64,000 nucleotides of DNA, taken from positions 13,758 to 77,757 of the forward strand of contig CAZSWP010000015.1 in assembly GCA_964610875.1 (NCBI GenBank), written 5' to 3'. Positions 59,442-64,000 of the stretch are shown one piece after another. The stretch's first letter is position 1. Each line of letters starts with the position of its first letter. The notes below the pieces were generated by a model that saw nothing but the letters and a program-made list of their open reading frames with translations, searched no databases and had not been told where the DNA came from. Made by a program: the position numbers and the translations under genes. Source of the DNA: an uncultured archaeon (GTDB lineage: Archaea; Asgardarchaeota; Thorarchaeia; Thorarchaeales; Thorarchaeaceae).

Positions 59442-61457
59442 ATGGATTCACTAAAACATAATGGAATACTGATACTTGAAACACCTGAGTTTCCTGACAT
59501 GAGAATCAAAGCGAGAGGAGAAGAAATTCTACTTACTCCTTTGCAAGCTGAAATGGCCGTTACTTGGGTGAAGAAGCTTGGTACTCCATATGTTGAAGAT
59601 CCCGTTTTCGCTGAGAATTTTATGACTGATTTTAGCAAAGCCCTTGGTGTCAATGCACCGCTCAAAGTTGAGGAAATCGATTTTAGTGAAGTAATATCCT
59701 ATGTTGAGGCTGAACGCTCTCGAAAGGAGAATATGACCAAAGAAGAGAAGAAGACTGCAAGAGAATTACGTAAAGCAGAACGAGAACGCCTCAAAGAGAT
59801 ATACGGATATGTAACAGTTGATGGTGAGAGGATGGAACTTGGTCAGTACCAGACTGAACCCTCAGGTATCTTCATGGGACGTGGGAAGCACCCTCTTAGA
59901 GGTAGATGGAAGAAAGGTGCAGATTATAGTGACATAACTCTGAACCATGAACTTGATTCAGAACCACCATCAGGTGATTGGGGCGAGATTGTATGGGCGC
60001 CTGATTGTATGTGGATTGCCAAATGGACCGATGAGCTAACAGGAAAAACGAAGTACATCTGGTTACATGACAGTACTCCCATCAAGCAAGAACGGGAAGC
60101 AGCCAAGTTCAATAAAGCAATGAAAGTCGAGAAGCACATTGATGAGATCAGAGAGCACATCATGTCAGGCTTAAAATCCGATGATCCTAAACGGCGAGAA
60201 ATAGCTGCTGCATGCTACTTGATTGACAATCTCAGTCTCCGTGTTGGTGATGAGAAAGATAAAGACGAAGCCGATACAGTTGGCGCCACAACGCTCCGAA
60301 TAGAACATCTAACATTCAAACAGAACTCAGTTGTGTTTGATTTTCTTGGAAAGGACAGTGTTCCATGGCATAAAGAACTTGAAATACCTCCGGACGTATA
60401 CAAGGTCTTCAAAGAATTATATGACAATGCAAAGGAACGGGTTGAATCCTTCAAGACTCGAAAAGGAAAGAAGACAAAGGGCGACCCCAAGAAGATTGCT
60501 CAGATATTTCCAAAAGTCCGGAGTACACATGTGAATAAGTTTCTGAGTGAAATTTATCCCGAGCTCAGTGCTAAGATGTTCAGGACCTATCATGCATCTG
60601 TTGTGATGCGTGACGAACTGAAGAAATCGAAGGCAAAGAAGACTGATCCTGATTTCATCAAGAAAGAGGCACTTAAGCGTGCAAATCTTGAAGTCGCACG
60701 GATAATGAATCATACTAAGCAAGCTCCTAAGGGTTGGTCTAAGAGTGAGAAACGTTACCAAGAGAGGTTAAAGAAAGCATCTAAGAGAATCGACAAATCT
60801 AAGAAATACTTGGAAGAACGGAAAAAGAAGCTGCGCGCTCGTAAGAAGAAAGAGAGGGCTACATTAAAGAAACGACAAGAAACCGTCAAAAAACAGAAGG
60901 AGACTGTGGAGCGCTATTGGGAATATATCAAATCATGGCGTGAAAAACGTGATAGTGCAAAGATAACTTGGGATAACGCGAGAGAGAGGAAGAGTAAGAT
61001 TCGTGCAAGCAGAAGAAAGGCATCAAAAACTAAGAAAGAACGACTTGAAGAAGCTCAAGAAAGCATTGACAGGGCACGAGAACGTCTAGAAAAAGCAGAA
61101 GCGAGTCTGAAGAAAGCACGTGATAGATATGAACGGGCGAAGGCATCACTTGAAAAGAAACAAGCCTCGTTAGCCTCATTCAAAAAGAAGTCTGCAGATA
61201 GAATTGCCAGAGCTGAGAAGTCTGTGGAGAGGGGAAAGGAACGAGTCGAGAAAGCCGAGCTTGCAAAGGACAAGATAGAGATCGACTATGCACTTGCGAA
61301 GGCATCACGTACCTGGAATCTTGGCACATCAATGAAATCCTACATCTATCCAAAGATTGTGTACAAATGGTGTCAGAAGGTCGACTATGATTGGCGTAAA
61401 GCCTACACAAAGGCATTACAGAGAAAGTTTGAGTGGATTGAAGAAAATCAAGAATAA
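59442..61457 (+). CDS. Eukaryote-type (large) DNA topoisomerase IB
   Basis: L.HNG, EP.G.FMGRG.HP.RG, LRVGDEK, FDFLGKDSV, AKMFRTY.AS, MNH, LGTS..SY. Confidence 0.95.
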   Translation: MDSLKHNGILILETPEFPDMRIKARGEEILLTPLQAEMAVTWVKKLGTPYVEDPVFAENFMTDFSKALGVNAPLKVEEIDFSEVISYVEAERSRKENMTKEEKKTARELRKAERERLKEIYGYVTVDGERMELGQYQTEPSGIFMGRGKHPLRGRWKKGADYSDITLNHELDSEPPSGDWGEIVWAPDCMWIAKWTDELTGKTKYIWLHDSTPIKQEREAAKFNKAMKVEKHIDEIREHIMSGLKSDDPKRREIAAACYLIDNLSLRVGDEKDKDEADTVGATTLRIEHLTFKQNSVVFDFLGKDSVPWHKELEIPPDVYKVFKELYDNAKERVESFKTRKGKKTKGDPKKIAQIFPKVRSTHVNKFLSEIYPELSAKMFRTYHASVVMRDELKKSKAKKTDPDFIKKEALKRANLEVARIMNHTKQAPKGWSKSEKRYQERLKKASKRIDKSKKYLEERKKKLRARKKKERATLKKRQETVKKQKETVERYWEYIKSWREKRDSAKITWDNARERKSKIRASRRKASKTKKERLEEAQESIDRARERLEKAEASLKKARDRYERAKASLEKKQASLASFKKKSADRIARAEKSVERGKERVEKAELAKDKIEIDYALAKASRTWNLGTSMKSYIYPKIVYKWCQKVDYDWRKAYTKALQRKFEWIEENQE

Positions 61458-61468
61458 AGCCTTGTATT

Positions 61469-61882
61469 TCATTCTCCTAATAGCTCCTTGTGGATGCGTT
61501 TCTCTATTATATCTCTAATCTCTCTGAACTTTTCCATAATCTCATAATCCGTTCCCTGAAATGCTGCAGGATCTTCAAGAGACCAGTGAAGCATCTGTTT
61601 TGCTCCTGGGAAAAATGGGCACTCTTGCTTTGCATTATCGCATACTGTAATGACGAGGTCGAATGGTTGTCCTTTGAACTGATCTATCTTCTTTGGTTCT
61701 AAGCCCTCTGTGCTCATTCTCTTCTCTTCAAGTGCTCTAATAGCAAATGGATTTACTCTCGACGCGATATGTGTACCTGCACTATACACCTCAAATTCAT
61801 CGCCTCCCAACTCTTTGAGCAATACTTCTGACATCTGACTTCGAGCTGAGTTACCAGTACATAGGAATAGCACACGTTTCAT
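61469..61882 (-). CDS. arsC: Thioredoxin-type arsenate reductase (LMW-PTPase fold)
   Basis: CTGNSARSQM, TVCD.A..ECP.FPG, HWSLEDP; ATG 61882. Confidence 0.9.
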   Translation of the reverse strand: MKRVLFLCTGNSARSQMSEVLLKELGGDEFEVYSAGTHIASRVNPFAIRALEEKRMSTEGLEPKKIDQFKGQPFDLVITVCDNAKQECPFFPGAKQMLHWSLEDPAAFQGTDYEIMEKFREIRDIIEKRIHKELLGE

Positions 61883-62005
61883 ACGATTTTCATCCTTTTC
61901 GTATATTTCAATGATTTGCATAAGATGCATAGTCAGAAATCAACTGTGGAGTTACCATTCAGTTATTGCTTTTACTTGAAAGGAATTGCTTTTGAGGAGC
62001 TATAA

Positions 62006-62933
62006 ATGGAGAGTGACTGGACTACCTTGACAGCATCATGGAAATACAAAGGTCGCATTTTCGATGCACACACACATAGGTGAGATAGAGAGTCTGGACA
62101 GAATGATTTCAATCGAAGAGGAATTTGGAATCACATCACAGATTGCAATCGTACATTCAGAAAAAGGACCTCATGCGATTCGAGAAATGTATTCAGATAG
62201 GTTTGTATTTGCTAAATATCTCCCTGTCAGTGAAATCTCACAGTTCCATACTGATTCTCTTGTAGAAGCAATTCTCAAGATGAAAGAAGAGGGCTTTACT
62301 CTAGCTAAAATGTGGTTTGGCCCGCGATGGCGGGATTATGTTGAAGATGCAGATGATACGTTTCAAATAGATGACCTTCGTCTGGAACCGGTCTTTGAAA
62401 CACTAGAACAGGAAGGGATTCCGTTACTGATCCATGTAGCTGATCCAGATACCTATTTCAAACTACATTACAAAGACACGGAAAAATATGGGACAAAGGA
62501 TGAGAATTTGGCACAGCTTGAAACTGTATTAGAGCGCTATCCAAAACTTCTCTTTCAGATTCCGCACTTCGGTGCACAACCTGAAATTCATAGACTCCCT
62601 CATCTTGCAACTTGGCTGGACAGATTTTCCAACATCTATATTGACACTGCATCATCAAGATGGATGGCACGAGAACTGAGTAAAGATGTTGAGAAAGCTC
62701 GGGAATTTCTCTTGAAGTATTCTGATAGAATACTCTTTGGCACGGATTGCTCATCAAATGGGATTGATAGTAACTATTTTGCAGGAAGATATACTACTCA
62801 ACGTCTCCTCTGGGAAACCGATGTACGGGATGTTTCACTCCCCATCCCTGACCCCGACACAAAAGATACTTGTGGGACATTCATCAATGGACTAGATCTA
62901 CCGTTCATTGTAAATTGTACAAACTTTCTATGA
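62006..62933 (+). pseudogene. Amidohydrolase-2 family gene, frameshifted at a (CA)5 tract and with an aberrant 3' end
   Basis: ATG 62006 frame reads ...IFDAHTH R*, the shifted frame reads HTHIGE...; motifs IHVADP, PHFG, DTAS, RILFGTD; ends GLDLP next to the IS110. Confidence 0.7.
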
Positions 62934-62948
62934 GTGAAAGTCGAAGGT

Positions 62949-64000
62949 TTACGAGGTCAGAACGCTCTGTTCCTCCTTCAAGACCCTTCTGACCAATACC
63001 ATGAACTCCTCTGCTCCATAGACCTTACTCAGTCCTTTCAGTCGTTTCACCTCGCTCTCATATTTCTTCTTCTTTCTCTCCATCAACTCTTTCCCGTACA
63101 CATCCTTGAAAGACTCTCCCTCCTTCAACATCTTCCATATGATCACCATCACCCTCCGTGCCAGGGCTATTGTTGCCACATGGTACCCCTTCTTCTCCCG
63201 CACCCGTCGGTGGAACTCTTTCAGGCCCTCTGGCCCATACTGCGCACACACCTGGGACACCATGAACATCGTTGTGCGCAGGTGGCTGTTGCTCATCTTG
63301 CCAGTCCGCCCCGTCATACTCACACTCCCGGACTGGTGCACTCTCGGTGCCAACCCAGTGTATGATGACAGCCGTTCAGCACTCGCAAATCGCTCCATCG
63401 TCCCAATCTCTGCCTTGATCACTGCCGCACTGGAGATCCCCACTCCTGGGATTGTTATCAGCAGCCGGACATCCCGGTCATCGTCCTGCTCCAGCTCCTC
63501 CACCACTCGCACGATTGCAGCATCATATCGCTCCAAGCGCCTCTTCAACTCCTCGATGTTCATCATCAACTCGGTGATGATCATCCGCTGACTCTCACTC
63601 ACCCGCTCGAAGGCAGCACGTTGGTCGTCACTGAGCCCTCCGTAGTCGCCTCTCAGGGCACGAAGGAGTGTGGTACGATTCCGCTTTCCAAACACGTCTT
63701 TGAGGGCCAGCTGGACCAGGACTGTGTCAAGGAACCTGTGACACCGGTTCTTCAGCTGCGTGACGTCTTTCTGGATACGGGCGCGCATCCGGATGAGGTC
63801 TCGCAGGTCTTTGATGTGTCCGGTGGGAACATAGGAGGGATTGATGAATCCGGCTCTGAGGAGCACCGCCAGCCAGACGCAGTCCTTCAGGTCGGTCTTG
63901 TGTAGTGACACGCTCTTGACCTGATAGGCATTGGCAAGGACCACGCTGACCCCTTCCTTTTCAAGAAAGCTGTAGGCTGCACACCAGTAGATCCCGGTGG
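62949..64000 (-). mobile_element. IS110-family element, DEDD recombinase/transposase (5' part outside the window)
   Basis: TG.YW, KTD..D, TIPGVG..SAAVIKAEIG...RF.SA..LSSYTGLAP..HQSG, A..ALARR; frame stays open to 64000; GC clearly above host. Confidence 0.93.

Noticed and set aside
62934-63905. Plus-strand ORFs of 94-161 aa
   Set aside because: Antisense shadows of the GC-rich IS110 transposase
1-64000. Selenoproteins/SECIS, CRISPR arrays, rRNA, provirus or defence island
   Set aside because: By eye I saw no in-frame TGA at a conserved Cys position, no repeat-spacer array, no rRNA motifs and no integrase or att duplication; this was not an exhaustive scan

Overview
Core-chromosome segment of an archaeon, about 40% GC by eye. 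It is most likely Asgard (Thorarchaeota-like). This is an inference from the co-occurrence of a ribophorin-I homolog, a large eukaryote-type topoisomerase IB, an RPA32-like OB-wH protein, FtsZ1 and CDC48. The window is gene-dense and mostly housekeeping. DNA repair and topology: Hef, FEN1, RPA2, TopoVI, TopoIB. Translation and ribosome biogenesis: EF-1beta, aIF2beta, NMD3-aIF1A-RIO1-Dim2, the S19e-PDCD5-L39e-L31e-eIF6-LX-PfdA-FtsY and FtsZ-SecE-Spt5-L11-L1-P0-P1 clusters, Nep1, Rpp21. Metabolism: glycine cleavage P subunits, DeoC-AOR, glycosylation genes. There are five tRNAs, two with non-canonical D-loop introns and one with two introns. Mobile and decayed DNA: an IS5 remnant, a small variable patch around tRNA-Leu/tRNA-Thr, and a GC-rich IS110 running off the right edge. 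Main oddities: (i) a 986-aa ribophorin-I/OST1-like protein with a DOMON domain interrupted by an FKBP-type PPIase domain, divergent from the ALG7/AglH-like GPT; (ii) Spt5 with a CCHC zinc finger and poly-Lys inserted in its NGN domain; (iii) DeoC with a Cys4 tail next to AOR; (iv) TopoIB with a very long linker and an N722S-like residue; (v) two GC-rich structured intergenic elements sharing an identically spaced motif; (vi) an unannotated 29-aa ORF with its own SD and hairpin; (vii) an orphan VirB2/CedA1-like pilin. All family calls come from motif recognition by eye; no database search was run.
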